A stretch of DNA of 43,686 bases from Perkinsus chesapeaki ATCC PRA-425 (GCA_013115145.1 JAAPAO010000281.1:1-43686); one strand, 5' to 3'; counted from the stretch's first letter, positions 17,001-30,795 are shown. The notes: generated by a model not told the origin, from the sequence alone. Numbers and translations: made by a program.

Positions 17001-20000
17001 CAGGTGCAGGGTGTACCCTTACCGATATCAATAGGGATATATCTCGCAAGGTCTCCGCATAGGTCTCTTCGATCATCGATGTTGAGATGTCATCAAGTCT
17101 TGCTAGAAGCATCGTGATTTGACTATTAGCCTGAATACATTCAACTCACAGTCGCCAAGAGGGGTGGAGGCGGCCACTTCATCACCTTCACAACCCTGTC
17201 CCGAAGTTCAGGGGACATTGCCTCCTTCTCGGCATGCTCCGTCGTCGATTGTTCCATCATCTCATCATCGACATCCAAAGCATGCTGTAGAGCGCTAAAA
17301 TAAACATCAACAACTATCCACTAGAGTAAGAAGTTGTTCAGTAATATGCCTTTTATAAGCCTTACCTTCATACAGGCTACATGTCACTCTACTAAGGGGA
17401 AATGGTTTAAAAGGAACATCAACATTGTTTCAACAACTAAGCCTCATTTTCCGGCTTATAGGATACTCAATAGCTCCAGAGAGTGCCCTTCTGGCATTGT
17501 TACGCCAAAAGTGTGAAGATCGCATTTCCTCCGGTATTAACAAGAAAATCATCCTTCCAAAGTTCGAATTGTCCTGCGGAACTATGAAGACTATAGGATC
17601 ATTTGGTAGCGATAACTCCGTCCAGCTGGCCCATTGAAGCTGCTTACTCTTTGTAACCTTGAAGCTTCCCTGCCATATTCTGTTTAACCTTTTTTATATC
17701 GACCCACTGCCTATCAAAGTCCATTATCGTCCAAAGGTCTTGCTCATCCAACACGGGACGATACTTACACCGCAGCATCCTGATAAAAGGCAACACTATC
17801 AAGAAGAAGGAAGCTGTCTCGAGCCCCCATTCCACTGCACCGGGCTCGAGGGTTTGTTGCGCTCCTCTGAGCACACTGAGCGGAAGTAGGAGAACTTTGT
17901 CACCACCCAGGGGATAGAGTGGGAGGCTCCCTAGAGGTAGCGGAATTGGAGACGCTGGACCCTTTGGAAGAGGTCAGTGCAAATTCATAATTTACACTTC
18001 TTCAACGACACTTTTCTTCTTACCCGTTCCATATCGTTGGTATCTCATACCCTCGGCCTTTAACGTCTCTCAGTAGGACCTCTATTAGCGGTATGACTTG
18101 GAACCTATAATGTGAAATGGGCCACCACTCAGCTTGGATACAACACAATCACTTGTATGTGTCATCAGCGAACACTTGAGAAAAGGAAGCTGGAGTGGTA
18201 CTGTAGGAGTCTGGATTCGGGAACACGTCTGCCTGAAAGCAAGAAGAGGTTAAGGATGCATCGCACGTCGCTGAAAGATACTCTCTCCCGTATCTTGGCA
18301 TAAATCCACTTAGCCTCAACACTCCATTCTTGGTTATACATCTCCTTATCAGTTGCTGCCTTTGCCGCCGACTCGGCCTCAGCAGGGTCCAATGCAATCT
18401 GATAACTCGGTAACCACCACATCACACCCACAACAACAAAGTCCCACTCCTTCAGCTCCCACAGCAGCGGGCACTGCTTTAAAAGCAGCGATACAGCGAG
18501 CAGCGGCATTGGGGCCATACTCGGCTTGATAACGTTCGGGGATCTAATAACATTCCATCACCACTCGCCCCTTCTCCCTATTAAACTTACGTTAGCTCTG
18601 GCTATTGCTTGATCCTTGGCTGTTACGAAACGGGCTGCCATTTCTTCGGGGTCGAATCTTGCCTATCGAAACTGGTGAAGTCAAAACCATGGCCGAGGTC
18701 CTAACCTCGAGATCCTTCTCTGGATCACCCGCGCCCGCCTCGGCCATCTCAGCATCCCTATCTTCCTCCTGCTGCTGCTGTATCGCTGACATCCTACCGG
18801 CTGCCAAATTGAGGACTCTAGCATCTCCAAAGACTTCCTACAAAAGTAATATGCCACCACCATACCATCACGAAAGGTACTTACATCAATTTCCTGCAAT
18901 AAGCCAGCCATATCTTCACCGTATCTGAGAACACCGCCATACAACACAACGACTATGAGGGCGCTAGCAACCAATCGCTACTACGAAGTGTGATCCCTAG
19001 GTCAATTGGCACTTATAGGCGACTTCAGAGTAACAGACTGAGTAGCCCGTTGGCAAAAGTACGTCATTAATAGTAATCACTAGATACTAGTGATCATTAA
19101 AGAGCTTGAATGGGACTCCCCAGTGGTATGATTCAATACGGTTAAGCCCTCTGGTATGAGCGGAATGTTATGAGAGTCAAGTCCATAAAAGCATCTCCAA
19201 GCCATTTGAGTGTCCAAATCAACCATCACGGACATAGTAAATTTCTGTGAAGACATTGTAGCAGATAGGCCTCCAGTCGCTGATGTACTGGTTATTACCT
19301 TTCGGCATACTCCCTCCCTCTATTAGGCAGATCATCATCATCGACATCTCTACCGGAGTCACCTGCTTCTCGGACCTACTACATGTACTACCCAAGATTC
19401 CCTCATAAAGAAACTACAATGAAGTCCGCAAGGGAATCATTATCCGAGTCATTATCGTCTCCCCTATCCCTTCTAGAGGCCGGGGATCGTCCCTGGTCAC
19501 CGAGACCGTCCTGAGCAAACGTAAGCTCATTGGCAATATCTAGTCCAGACATGCTACTGCAAAGTCATCATCATCGAATAGGCGGTCTTCTAGAGCATCG
19601 GCAGATGTAGCGGTAATGTGCTGAGCTTTGGTGAAGTCCCTGAGCAGGAGGCGATAAAGGCGTCCCTCCCCAGAGCTTTAGTCCACTTCTGCTTCTTCAG
19701 CCTAGAAAAGCCCTTCTTTCTTCCGCCCAGTAGGCTATCATCATCCGAGTCATCATCTCCACCAGCACCTCCAACAGGAGCCCTCTCCGTCCCACCAGAC
19801 GTCCCAGCATCAGCGCTTCCCCCTTCGGCTGCCTTGGTCGCAGCGGCCTTTCTCGCCATAATACGGGCATATCTAAAACATAAACCTTAAATAGGAACAC
19901 CCACTATTTGCCCTACGCTTCAGGATTGGTCTCTTTAACAATAAGCAGATCACCGTCGTCTATGTCATCTGGATCGAGCTCACTGTTCTCGTCCTCACTA

Positions 20001-20561
20001 GATGAACCTTCAAGAAAGCATCGCCCCCCTACAGTATGACGCACTACACTCTCACCACTAGCACTCGACCCATCATCATCGCTTCCTTCATTATCCTCAT
20101 CATCAACTACAAAGCCGTCATTTTCAAACCCCATAGCAGTTACTTTGGACTAGAACAACATAACGCTTGGAATGACCCTAGCCGAGGGCGGCCGGCCTAC
20201 TGGTGACTTTCCCGGTGAGCGGCTGGCTTGTTCCTCATCATCTTCATCATCATCATCCTCACCAGATGAAGCCGATGAGCCTTCATCAGAATCGTCATCC
20301 GAGTTTCCCGAAGCGCCTACCCATCACACTAACCCCTGTGCCACCCACTACTACTATTACTTCCACCCTTATCGTCCTCCTCTCCAGAAGAAGACGACGA
20401 CGCCGATGATGACGATGACACGTCATCTAAATGGGGACAGATTGCACAACCACCTCATCACCACCTCGAGTACCATCATCTCCCTCTTCCTCCTCCTCAT
20501 CTCTCTTCTTCCGTTTTGTTTCGTTTCCAGCAGCGTCGCTCGCCCCTCGCTTCAGAACCAT
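11062..20561 (-). CDS. SPT6: Transcription elongation factor SPT6 (multi-exon; ends approximate)
   Basis: Acidic N-terminus (GFENDGFVVDDED), WSVEAKWIY, DLWTIMDFDRQW, YqgF-like region with FMQDPLAETVQLW, HhH motif VNQAGVDLN...FVAGLGPRKANILL, then S1-like and SH2-like exons and a Gly/Ser/Trp-rich tail. Confidence 0.9.
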
Positions 20562-20673
20562 TATAAACAAAGGTACCAGCCGGCTGCCAAGCCCTTCCCA
20601 CTTTGCAGATCCAAGAGAACTCAAGGGAACATATATTACAGGTAGAGATAGAAACGTTATGGCTGGTATTGGC

Positions 20674-21693
20674 CTAGTGGCGACGGCGACCCTTGGTAAC
20701 AGTCTGGAACCCATCCTCGTCGATTTCCGGTTCGGGCTTGGCCTCGACGAGCTTCGGTACAGCTGAGAAGTGATTATTTTACGTAATCATAAGAGTATTG
20801 ACTGTGATCAAGTATAGATTTAATACTACATTCGTCCCCCTCCTCATCCTCGCCAGATGAGCCTTCTTCAGCGCATTGCTCCAGTACCTATTAAGATCAC
20901 ATGGGACCAGATATACCACACGGTGCATTCCCTTATCAACAACCTATTTTTCCCCCATTTTCCTCCGAGGCTACATGACTCCCTACCATAAACCCGATTA
21001 CAGTCAAAACAACTCGAGCTTTACGCGAAGTCAAGCTGCTTGATAGATCCCTTCGCCTCACCAATGGCTACTTAATAAACCACTTCACCCTCATCTATTC
21101 TCGGGTTTCTCAGAAGATGCGTTCGAAACGCAGCGCTTCTATCCCATGATGGAGTACGACTGATTGCCCTGTCAATACCATACCCCACCAAGGCTTACTT
21201 TAGCCTGATCACGACCATCAGTGGCATGCATCACTTCCTGAGCAACGCTGAGATCTCCTCGACTACAGGACTCCCATAACCTTATGAGCATGAAGGCCAC
21301 ATCCTCGTCTGACCCATCCTCCAGTGCCTGCCCATGACCATCAAACCATGCTACTACCACAACAACTAGTACCATTTGGAAGTTACTGGCGACCAACTCA
21401 AATAGCTTATCGGCCAACTTCATAACCTGGTCGTTATTCTCGCTGGCCAACTTAGCTCCGCCCGACCGTAGATCGGCCACGATAGTCTCCGCTATAGATT
21501 CTATACGGTGCGAAGCCTCCCTAAAGATTCCTTATCCAGACCACCCGAACCCTAGGCACTACCTAGGATTACAATCGCAGTTCTCTTTCGCCAGAGTTAA
21601 AGCGGTCCAATGAGTGAATACGTGGTGGACTCCATCGAGGAATGCTTGCTCGCACTCAGCAGTCGCAGCAGCAGCAGAAGAAGAAGACGTCAT
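20674..21693 (-). CDS. TSR2: Pre-rRNA-processing protein TSR2 (multi-exon)
   Basis: AFLDGVHHVFTHWTALTLA, EDGSDEDVAFMLIRLWESCSRGD, and C-terminal PEPEIDEDGFQTVTKGRRRH*. Confidence 0.85.
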
Positions 21694-21914
21694 TATGGTA
21701 CGGGAAAAGATACTTCGCTTTGCGCACTCTGAAGATTCTGCAACTGGACTCAACAGAGTAAGATATCAGAAACCATAACGTATCATTGAGAACATGCTCC
21801 TCACACAACCTCATCAATAACGTTCGTTCGAGGCAGGCTACTGACCTTTCGGCGATATTGCCGATGACGCTGGACCTACCGCTCCACTGTTATGGCCAAC
21901 CCTACTCGAGATAC

Positions 21915-23229
21915 TACCCTCCTCAGCTCCTCTAATTCAAGATCATCTATAAGAGCATGACACAGCTCATATGTCGAAAACAGAAGTCCACTTGCCAGCA
22001 TTATCTGAGCCAACTCACCCTACCAATAATACCAGCCCCGAGCCATGTATAACCCTGGCCGTCCTGGGCACTATCCCCAAGGTAAAGCCTTTCCATCCAT
22101 ATTGCTCATAAAGTGCCTTGGCGCATGTCCAGGTGTTATGTATCCTATAGGGACCGTATTATTCACATCCATGCCACCACCGAAGCTACTACCGATATAT
22201 TCGGAAATTGTTCCTAGAAGTTGCTCTTTGATGAGACTGCAACTGTGTCTTCATGACGTCAAATGGATGGGTCGCAATAGCAGCGATCGCCCCGCAGGTA
22301 GCCGCGTTAAGGAAGGAGTATCCCCACACTTCACCATACATCCCAGCGCTACCCTCAGTAGCCTCCTATAGGACAATTTTATGGAGAGATTACCAGTTAA
22401 CAATTAATACCGCATCAGCAAACCGCTCCGCCAACTCCAATTTCTCCCTCTTGGATCCCCATTTAGCCGTACCGCGCCTCTCCACATGAATTGGCAGCAG
22501 AAGCTGCTTACCTTTCTCATAGTTGGACCAGAACAAAGCCGCAAAAGGGACGTCTCTAAACCGTCTACTAAGGCTTGTGAGCTACCTAGTAGTACCTCAT
22601 CAAAGTCACAAGAAGCCCTCTCCAATAGCTGACAAATGTGTCCTCATAGAACACTGTAGCGAAGGCATTGAAGTAGCCAGGGGTACCATAACCGGCCCAG
22701 GCTTGGACTCGCGTTCTCAGAAATTCCACTGAAGGGAGATATAAAGGGATTTATGGAGCGGCCCTATTACAAGGCTGAGAAAAGAAAACTACCCACATAC
22801 TGGACTTGGCCGCTGCCCATTCGACAGGATACCGCTCTCTTCTATAGTGCTCATACAGAGTCAGAAATGCCTATAAAGGTATTAGTAATAAGAGCCTTAT
22901 GGGGTGGGTTACTAGATTAGACGGCACTGCGATGGTTAAGCTCGGTATAATGCCAGTCCAAAGGCCTTTAGGCCCTAATAGCCTAACAACATGCCTCCCA
23001 GCATCCATCATACCATACTGAAGACGCCTATTGTTGAAGTCAGGTGATCCCTAAACCAGTAACAGCTTTAAGAGGTTCCTTTGTGGTCCTATATAACCTG
23101 TATCATATTCTTAATAACGTCTAGAGGTGTCAGTAACCCCACGGTAGCCACCGAGCCCAGGCTTGCAGTGTAAAGGCCGGCTGACCGATTCAGGCTGGTA
23201 ATGCCGAGATAGTACGGTAGTTGGTCCAT
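21915..23229 (-). CDS. Mitochondrial carrier family protein, SLC25A39/40-like (multi-exon)
   Basis: Carrier signatures TPLDVIKNMIQ and THPFDVMKTQLQ, plus DVPFAALFWSNYEK and GIVPRTARV. Confidence 0.85.
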
Positions 23230-23357
23230 AATGGAAACACTAAAGGCGAGGGAGAAGGATCACAGACTACGCGAAAGAATAGAATAGGGAGCCGAAACTT
23301 AGCGGAGCGAAGCAGAGCTTGCGCAAGTAGCATGTGACGTTTTACAATTTACACATA

Positions 23358-23497
23358 GGGCCTATAACACAGTGGCAGCTCCTTAAGGAAGGAGCCCTCC
23401 CTCCTCCTTAAGAAAAATGTGTTATAAGGTACGGCGCCTTAAGGGAGGAGGGTAAGTAGCTCCTTCCTTGAAGGAGCTGCCACTATGTTACAGGCCC
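23358..23497. mobile_element. 140-bp MITE, PIF/Harbinger (Tourist)-like
   Basis: ~38-bp terminal inverted repeats GGGCCTRTAACAYAGTGGCAGCTCCTT(C)AAGGAAGGAGC (2 mismatches, 1 indel). 3-bp direct repeat ATA at 23355-23357 and 23498-23500. Non-coding. Confidence 0.85.
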
Positions 23498-23537
23498 ATA
23501 GCCCATTGTAGTTCACTGTCGACACTGTCTTTTTTGA

Positions 23538-25814
23538 ATGTCTTTCGGTGATTCCCCTATACCGCAAGGTGTCTTTTATCAAAAGAGGTTGCCTGATGAC
23601 GAGCCATCAGTATGTAGTAAGGAAGGACGTAGACGTCTAGGTGACTCCATGGCTAACGGTCATGCTTATCCTTTCCTACCACTGATGTGCCAATTTAAAA
23701 CACAAGTACGAAGCCTTTAATAAGATATTAAGATATAATACTGTAGGACCAACCTGCCTATTGTGGCTTAGCTACTCTTACGATGACACTAAACACATTG
23801 GGAATAGACCCTTGGCGGACATGGAAGGGCGTCTGGAGATGGTAATAATAGGGCAGCGTTATAGCCGATCTACGGTATATATTACCCACTCTTCCCCCCT
23901 TGGAGTTGCCCATATCTTTGCCTGTACTGGCGCTCGTTTAATATGTTAACGTGCTCAATAGTTTCCCGTACTGGTCGCCTCAAAATAGGTATGACGAGAA
24001 CCATCTTGGTGATTGTTGCATTAACCTGGAGGCAGTAGCAACCGAAGGTATCACCATTGACACCTTTGTATGCCTAGCTAGATGCAATGGCCTCGGAGTT
24101 CAAGTACACAGACCACCAGTACTAACGACATGGCCAATGAAACGGTTATAGGATATCTTATCAGCTCCAAGATCAGCCATCAGACAGCTGTACCGAAAAT
24201 CCCAATGTCGATGAGGAGTTTCTCAGTAACTTCCGGGAGGCAGTGACGTCTTGGACGTCTGACGAGAGGATGTTAGAGTCTTGCGGGGGCCTCGATACGG
24301 TCATTGGGGAACTCTAAAAAGTGGCTGTTACTGGCCTTGGCAGGTACTTGTTGTGTCGTATGATAGGTCGACTGTAGGGCAAGCTGGAACGGGGCACTTC
24401 TCTCCGATAGGAGCCTACCATCCCGAGACCGATTCAGTGTTGGTGCTGGATGTCGCTAGGTTATATTAAAACAAACTGTTTGGTGTATAGGTGTTCCTAT
24501 CAGGTTCAAATACCCTCCACATTGGATAGAGCTTCCTCGGCTTGTTAAGGCTATGTACCCTGTAGATGATACTACAGGGAAGCCAAGGGGCTATATACTA
24601 CTTGCTCGAAGGAGGGTAATAGAGGAGGAACTTCTCAGGGACATCTAGTGGTCTCCTTCAGCCCGGATCATTACCACCTGAAGCGGGCCCAAAGCTGCTG
24701 GCATTAGCATCCATTCCGACATCGGCAACTGTATGCCTGACGGAACAGTTTCGACGGGAAATGCAGCGGCAATGCAGCAGCAGCATAAATGCAGACTGTT
24801 CGCGGAATGAATCCTCCACCCTTTCGGGGACAGATCTGTTGGTGGAAGTTTTTACTTGTTTTTTGAGAGCTGTTGCGAAGCTCGACTCTCCTATAATGAG
24901 GGGGGTCTTTTTTGCTGTTGCCGAGCAGAGGCGACTGGTTGATATGATTCACAGCTACGCTGACCCAGCTAAGCCTCGTTCAAGCTCGGATTCTGATTAC
25001 TCTACCTGCGCTTATGAAACTTATACGGGCGGCAGGAACGGCGCCATAGTCGCGGCTTTGCTGAATGCCTTCTTGGAGGAGAACTCTCATCCCCCAGTGG
25101 CAGGTCGATTGCCACCGGCTTTTGGGCCATCGCATGACAGGCCAGAATGGATGGATGATAAGGCTGTTGCCGCCGTATGGGCGGCGGTCTTCTTCTGTAT
25201 TCCAGATGAGCTTCTATTGATAGACAGTGATGCTTGTGGCAGCTCATCGAAAGTAATAGGGGAAGTGGTAGGGTGGCTGCGTAGATGCTGGCTTTAAGGT
25301 TCCAAGCCCATCTGAGGTCTTGCTTGACCTAACCGAAGGCTCAGATGATTACCAGCTTATAAGGGCATTTGTCTTTACGTTAAGGAGTAAGTGCTGTCCT
25401 GGTGATGGCGAGGAAGTCGCCCACTTCAAAGGCATGTGCTCATGCAAATGCCCCAAGCCCAAGGCGGGCAGCAATAGCTGCAGCTAGTTACCCGGTTGAT
25501 TAAAGGTCCATAGTTGGCCATCACTGTTCTTATACGCAACGTCTAACGTATGCCGTGCCACTAGAGGACTTGCTAAAGTTGGTCTTGGGAGTTGCGTTGA
25601 AGTTCCCAGGGACTTGACCAGGTTTTTATTGGCCATAATGAGCCAGCTTGGAGGAGGAGGCATCGATAGCCTATTCTCGTCGGACCTCACTCCACTGGGT
25701 CAGGCAGTTGGTGCTGATATACATGTTTTATCTAGGATACAGTCTTATATTACTTTACATAGACGTCGAAGAACAAAGAGGCATCACGTAGAGGAGGAGG
25801 AGGTGGAGGGGTAG
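23538..25814 (+). CDS. PCS: Phytochelatin synthase (multi-exon; 3' extent uncertain)
   Basis: [19 protein letters not shown]...[33 protein letters not shown] and FKYPPHW, which together give the Cys-His-Asp triad. ORFs at 24761-25297 and 25614-25814 are the likely C-terminal exons. Confidence 0.88.
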
Positions 25815-26058
25815 TAGGGATGGACTGTGATGAAATTTGATATAATAAAATCCCTTGTCGGTGATAGGACGCTATTATTGTTATTAGTTATATATCATTA
25901 TTGACACCATACATCATATTGGTATTATACGTTATGAGAAATGTGCCGATATTGAATATCTAATGCAAAACTTTGCCGTAGGCGGCTGTGCCTAACCGAG
26001 CGTACATCCTGGGTTAGGTGGTATTGAGGATATAATTCATATTACACAATACCGCATC

Positions 26059-28291
26059 TTGAGGTTGTACCTCAACCACCACCATCGATTCCCCTCAGCC
26101 TTCGTTACCCATTGCCGTTTACGCTATCGGTTCCTCTTCTGTAGGCCTAAGTCCAGCTTGCCACAGCAAAGGGCATCGGCTTCTATGACAGCTTTATGTA
26201 GCTTTATAGAGGGTACAGTGGGTCTTACCACTGGTCTGACTATTGTATCGTTGATATCGTTATTAATGAGCAGGAAGACAGCAGTTCAATTCAAGCATGT
26301 GTTGCAGGGTTTCCCTGTTCATGCTCGTAATGCAGCGGCCTTGGGCGTTTTCATGGTAATACCTACAGGCTGGCCGGCGCTTGAGAAGCACTTGACAGAA
26401 CCGGGGAATTCGACCATAGGCGATTTCCTCCAGTTGGAGGAAGTTCATGTTTGACAGGGTGTCTTAGATCCCTATCATCGCCTCTTGCGGTGATGCAGGA
26501 TACCTTTTTTAACTGATACGCGTTACTACTTTATAACTAACTACTCTATAAGGTTGCAGACAGACGATGAAGATATGAACAGCTGTGTTCAACTCATTTG
26601 CTCAATGGGTTGATGGAACAATTACCACGCCACCAGCTTATAACGATACGCCTCGTGCTGCTGCAAGTGCCCAGTCGGCTAGGATGCACTCAGTCTTCAT
26701 GGAGCATCATTGCCCTTTCAGGCCCTCTATAATGGTATGCTTGCACGCTCTCGTACTTCAGCTGTAAAGCAAGCAGTGAACCTTTCGTCACCTTTTTCCC
26801 GTGGTTTCATAGCCACGTTGATATCGCTGCCATTAGCGGAGCGAAGCGGTCGCTATTTCACCGCCTTATTTGTCATTTGTCGGGCATGTGAAGTCCTCAC
26901 TGTTTTGGGCTATACCAACTTGCCCTCGAAGGCCAGAACTATCATAGATACCCTTTGCGGAGGTCGACCTGCTACAGCCGCCTCGGTAGGTTGGAGGAGT
27001 TGCAAACGGCTTCTGGAATAGCGGTCTTGTCTCAGCTTACGGTGATGACGGTCGGGGTGGGCATAGTTGTAGATGCGACTATTAGACATCCAGAAACTAT
27101 GGACCCGAAGTACAGGAAGTTCGCTGGAGTCCAGGCCATGGTGGACCAGGACAGGCTGGAGGCCTTCTTCCACAGGTCAGCTGCCGTGCACCATAGGTCT
27201 TCAGCGGCAGACATCTCGATAGGCTTGGCCAGCAAAGCAGCAGAGGGCCAGAGCTGGACCATCGGTACCCACCGGGCCAAGTGTCCCTCTGTGGTCTGCA
27301 TCATTATAAGGAAGCTGAAGGGTGTAAGGGCGGAGGATTCTCGAGGAGGGCGGCGGCGGCAGTTGTGTGTTTTTAGGTGTATCTAGTGCCGTTCAATTCT
27401 GCTTACATTCCTTTACCAAGCTCAACATGCCTCTCTATACCAAGCTTTATTTGTCTACTCTCTTCATTGCTCTTGTGAAGGGCGAGAGGAACTACGTCAA
27501 AGCTGCTACGCGCTTCTTTAAGAACGTATGCAGATCATCGCTGTTTATGACGACGTAAGGACCGTGGCTGGTTGGCCCCTTGGGGGAGGCGCGTATCTCA
27601 GGCAGGTGGCCCTGCTGCACCTGCTGGTTTGCGCGGCTACTAGGCTCTCCTCATCTGAAAGCACGTTGAACTCTAAGTATGGTCCGTTGATAGGAGGCAT
27701 GCTTGGTGGTCCAGCAATTCTGATTGAAAAACCGCAAAGACGGTAAGAGCCAGCAGCTCGCTCAACGGAGCCCATGTGTATGATCAGGCCGGAGATAGCC
27801 ATGTTTGTCATGTCCCACGCCCTTCATATAGTCCTCCAGCGAGCCACCATAGGAGTGCTTCTACGAAGACTTCTACTTCTGATGGCAGCCTGTGGCGTTG
27901 GGACTCTCACATATGCTTTCGAGAAGGAGGAGTCGAGCCTCCAAGACAAGGGCCCGGTGTAAGCCGAGGAACACGGGCGTTTATTGCAGGCATCCCGGAT
28001 CTTAGGCCTCCTGCACCAGTAGCGCCAGCCTCAACTGGTAGATTGATGCCACCGCCACCCAACAGCGGGTTGGGGCGGAACTGGCCGAGCTCAGCATCGT
28101 TTTACTCCGAGTCGGAGATGTCTTCCGAGGAGTACGTGGATAGCAGTGAGCCGGAGAGGGTCCCAAAGGATACCTCTAAGGACGACGAGCACCATCTCCT
28201 GAGGCCTTCATATAGGGCTGTCTTACGGTGGCTATTGGACACCCCCGGCAGGCAACACAAACTGTCCCTGGTCGGACCAGCGAGCAAGTGA
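26059..28291 (+). CDS. TMEM135-like (Tim17-family) membrane protein (multi-exon; ends approximate)
   Basis: VCRSSLFMT, GGMLGGPAILIEKPQRR, EIAMFV and LTYAFEKE motifs with hydrophobic segments. Confidence 0.6.
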
Positions 28292-28409
28292 ACATGTTGT
28301 TGATGAAGCCCGTTTGTCTTATTTCAAAATTAGTCTCAACCGTTTCATTTAACAAGATTGTTTTTGTTGGTTGTACTTGTTGACTGCACAGCTGCTTCTC
28401 TAGCTGCTG

Positions 28410-28641
28410 TTATCTTCATGTCTGGTCGATCAGCCGCGGTGGAGTCATTTCTTGACTCGGTGTTCGGAGGGGCAGCAGGCAGCAAGAAGAAAAGTCAGCC
28501 TAGACGGACAGGAGGAGGAGGAGCTAGAGCTAAGAGTAAACGACGGAAGGGGGCAGCAGCTGACAAGTAGGTTGGTGGCATCTGCGGTGGTAGAGAGGTC
28601 TATTAGGAAAGCTCCTATGGTGCCAGAGCCGTCTCCTTCCA

Positions 28642-28684
<43 letters not shown>

Positions 28685-29886
28685 GCTGAGGACCATGCAG
28701 GACACGGTCTCTTCCAGTGGGCCGCCACCACAGGACCTTATTTACTCAACCTCGGATGGAGCTAGGCTCATGGGTGAGCTTGGTGTGATGGGTGCTGTGA
28801 TGGCTGTCCTGCTGCTGGGTTTTAGATTTCAATCCTGAGGTGTCTGTACCGAGGATAATGAAGTGTGCTGGGGTGTATGCTGGAATGAAGGATGAGGAGG
28901 CGGCCTTCGCTAAGATACAAGTCCAGTAACAACAACTGCACGGCTGGTCTGTGGTAAGGTGCCCCCCCTGTAGGTATAACAGACAGATAGCGACCAAACC
29001 GGTGCCGCTGGACGCTGGCATGGCCAAGGCCTGTCGAGATAGGAGGGAGGACTGTGGGGCAATGCTGAGCAGGAGGGCTCTCAAGTTGGGGGGTATTGAT
29101 GATAGGAAGCCTCCTCCAGGAAAGCCTGAAAGTAGTGCTGTCTGCCGCACTGTGTATGGCTATGAACCCGCTATGGTTGCTGCATTCGTCATACAATACT
29201 GCTTACGTCAATACTGTATTTCTATCGGTTGTCTGTACTGACGTATCGGTTCCATGTGCGTGTATAAAATCAATCACATCTATCTACATCATACCGCACG
29301 TATTACATATAGGGTAGACTATATAACACATTACCGCACGTATTACATATAGGGTAGACTATATAACACATTTTCTGATGCCTCTGACCTCTGACTCGGT
29401 CCACATGATGTTTGCTATCAGATGAGGAGGAGAGGCAAAGGCGGCTGTCGGCAGCCTCAGACCTCCGAGAGCTCTGGTCTAGCTACATCAACACTACATG
29501 CATAACAGAGGACGGCCGGCTCAGGATGAAGGAGCTCCGCCAAGCATCTTGGATTGGGGCCGAGGTGGAGGTCATCGACTCGAGGGATAAGACGATGATA
29601 GGGATGGGTGGTACGGTTATGATGGAGAATCAAAACAGTCTGGTAGTGCTGGACCACGAAGATGCTAGGTGAGCCAGCCAGGAGTTTCGTGGCGCAGTGA
29701 CGTTCATACCCTTCCAGATACCGGCTGTTACCAAAGTCAGTGTGCACCTTGGAGTTGAAGATACCGTTATCGCTTGGTGGCATCGAGCGGCGAGTGACGG
29801 TCTTCGGGCCTCTGCTGAGGGATAAGCCATCGGCTGGTCACGGCAGCGCGCCCTCCCGAACCAGGCTCAAAAAGATGTTTCTATGA
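28410..29886 (+). CDS. POP4: RNase P/MRP subunit POP4 (Rpp29); 5' exons uncertain, core 29412-29886
   Basis: LRELWSSYI, WIGAEVEVIDSRDKTMIGMGGTVMMENQNSLVV and LLPKSVCTLEL...VTVFG. Confidence 0.78.
28642..28684. repeat. (CAT)14 microsatellite
   Basis: Direct reading of the sequence. Confidence 0.95.
29292..29371. repeat. Exact 40-bp tandem duplication
   Basis: taccgcacgtattacatatagggtagactatataacacat present twice. Confidence 0.95.
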
Positions 29887-29936
29887 CTGCTTGTGCTATT
29901 TGGTTGAAGTGCTCGGAGCTCGTATCTGGTAGTTCT

Positions 29937-30779
29937 ATGTCGGAGAATCTGGCAGACAGGGGCTACTGGGACCTGAGGTATAAGAAAAATAAGGGTACCA
30001 ATGAAATCATCATCGGTGCCAATGCTAGGTGTGCTAGGCAGGGATGCTACTGAGTGGTATGCCTCCTGGCCGACACTAGAGGCCCCTCTGCTGGCTTATT
30101 TCCAAGGCCGCGACGTTCTTGAAATTGGATGTGGTGACTCGGATGTTTGTTTCCGAATAGCTGAGGTATTCCTGCCCTTGGCGGCCCGGACTGCTAGGAT
30201 GGTCAGGTGGCTCGTTCCGTGCTGGCGACTGACTTCTCGAAAGTTTGCCTTCAAACCCTAGAGGCACGTCCCGATCGGCCCGGCAACCTCCAGTTGGCCC
30301 TGGCCGACTGCTGCTGCCTTCAAGCTGTTACTGGGGAGGCTAGCATGGACGTTGCGTTCGACAAGGGGTGTTTAGATGCCCTCTGTAGGCCCCCTTTGTG
30401 GACGCATCTTCAGTAGATGGGTAGGCACTATGGTAGACTACGCAGACACTCTCCGGCGAGCCCTACAGAGCATTTCAGAGGTAACAGGTCTCCTAACCCG
30501 TCGACTAGTGGAGCTGTCGAGGTGCTGCGTCCAGGAGGGAAGTTCATCCTGGTCACGTGGTGTGACATTGCACAGGTTGGAGAGCGAGTAGCCCTCCTGT
30601 TGGACCCTAGGCTGCCGTGGACTGTGGACACCGTTGTACTGGAATTGCCGTCACTCCTGGGTTAGTCTTTTATGTAGCTCGAAGTGCATCCGGAGAAGGA
30701 CACCTCAGACAGGCACCTGCATTGCCATAAGTGCTTCGTCTACATTTTCGAGAAGGATAGCTCAAGCAGAGATAGATAA
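29937..30779 (+). CDS. Class I SAM-dependent methyltransferase, EEF1AKMT4/METTL13-N-like (multi-exon)
   Basis: YWDLRY, EWY, VLEIGCGDS, TDFS, VAFDKGCLDAL and VLRPGGKFILVT. Confidence 0.85.
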
Positions 30780-30795
30780 TTAGGAGTTCCATGGC

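Noticed and set aside
19076-19094. Palindrome atcactag-ata-ctagtgat within the SPT6 locus
   Set aside because: It has a 3-nt loop and no third direct copy, so it does not fit the scar geometry.
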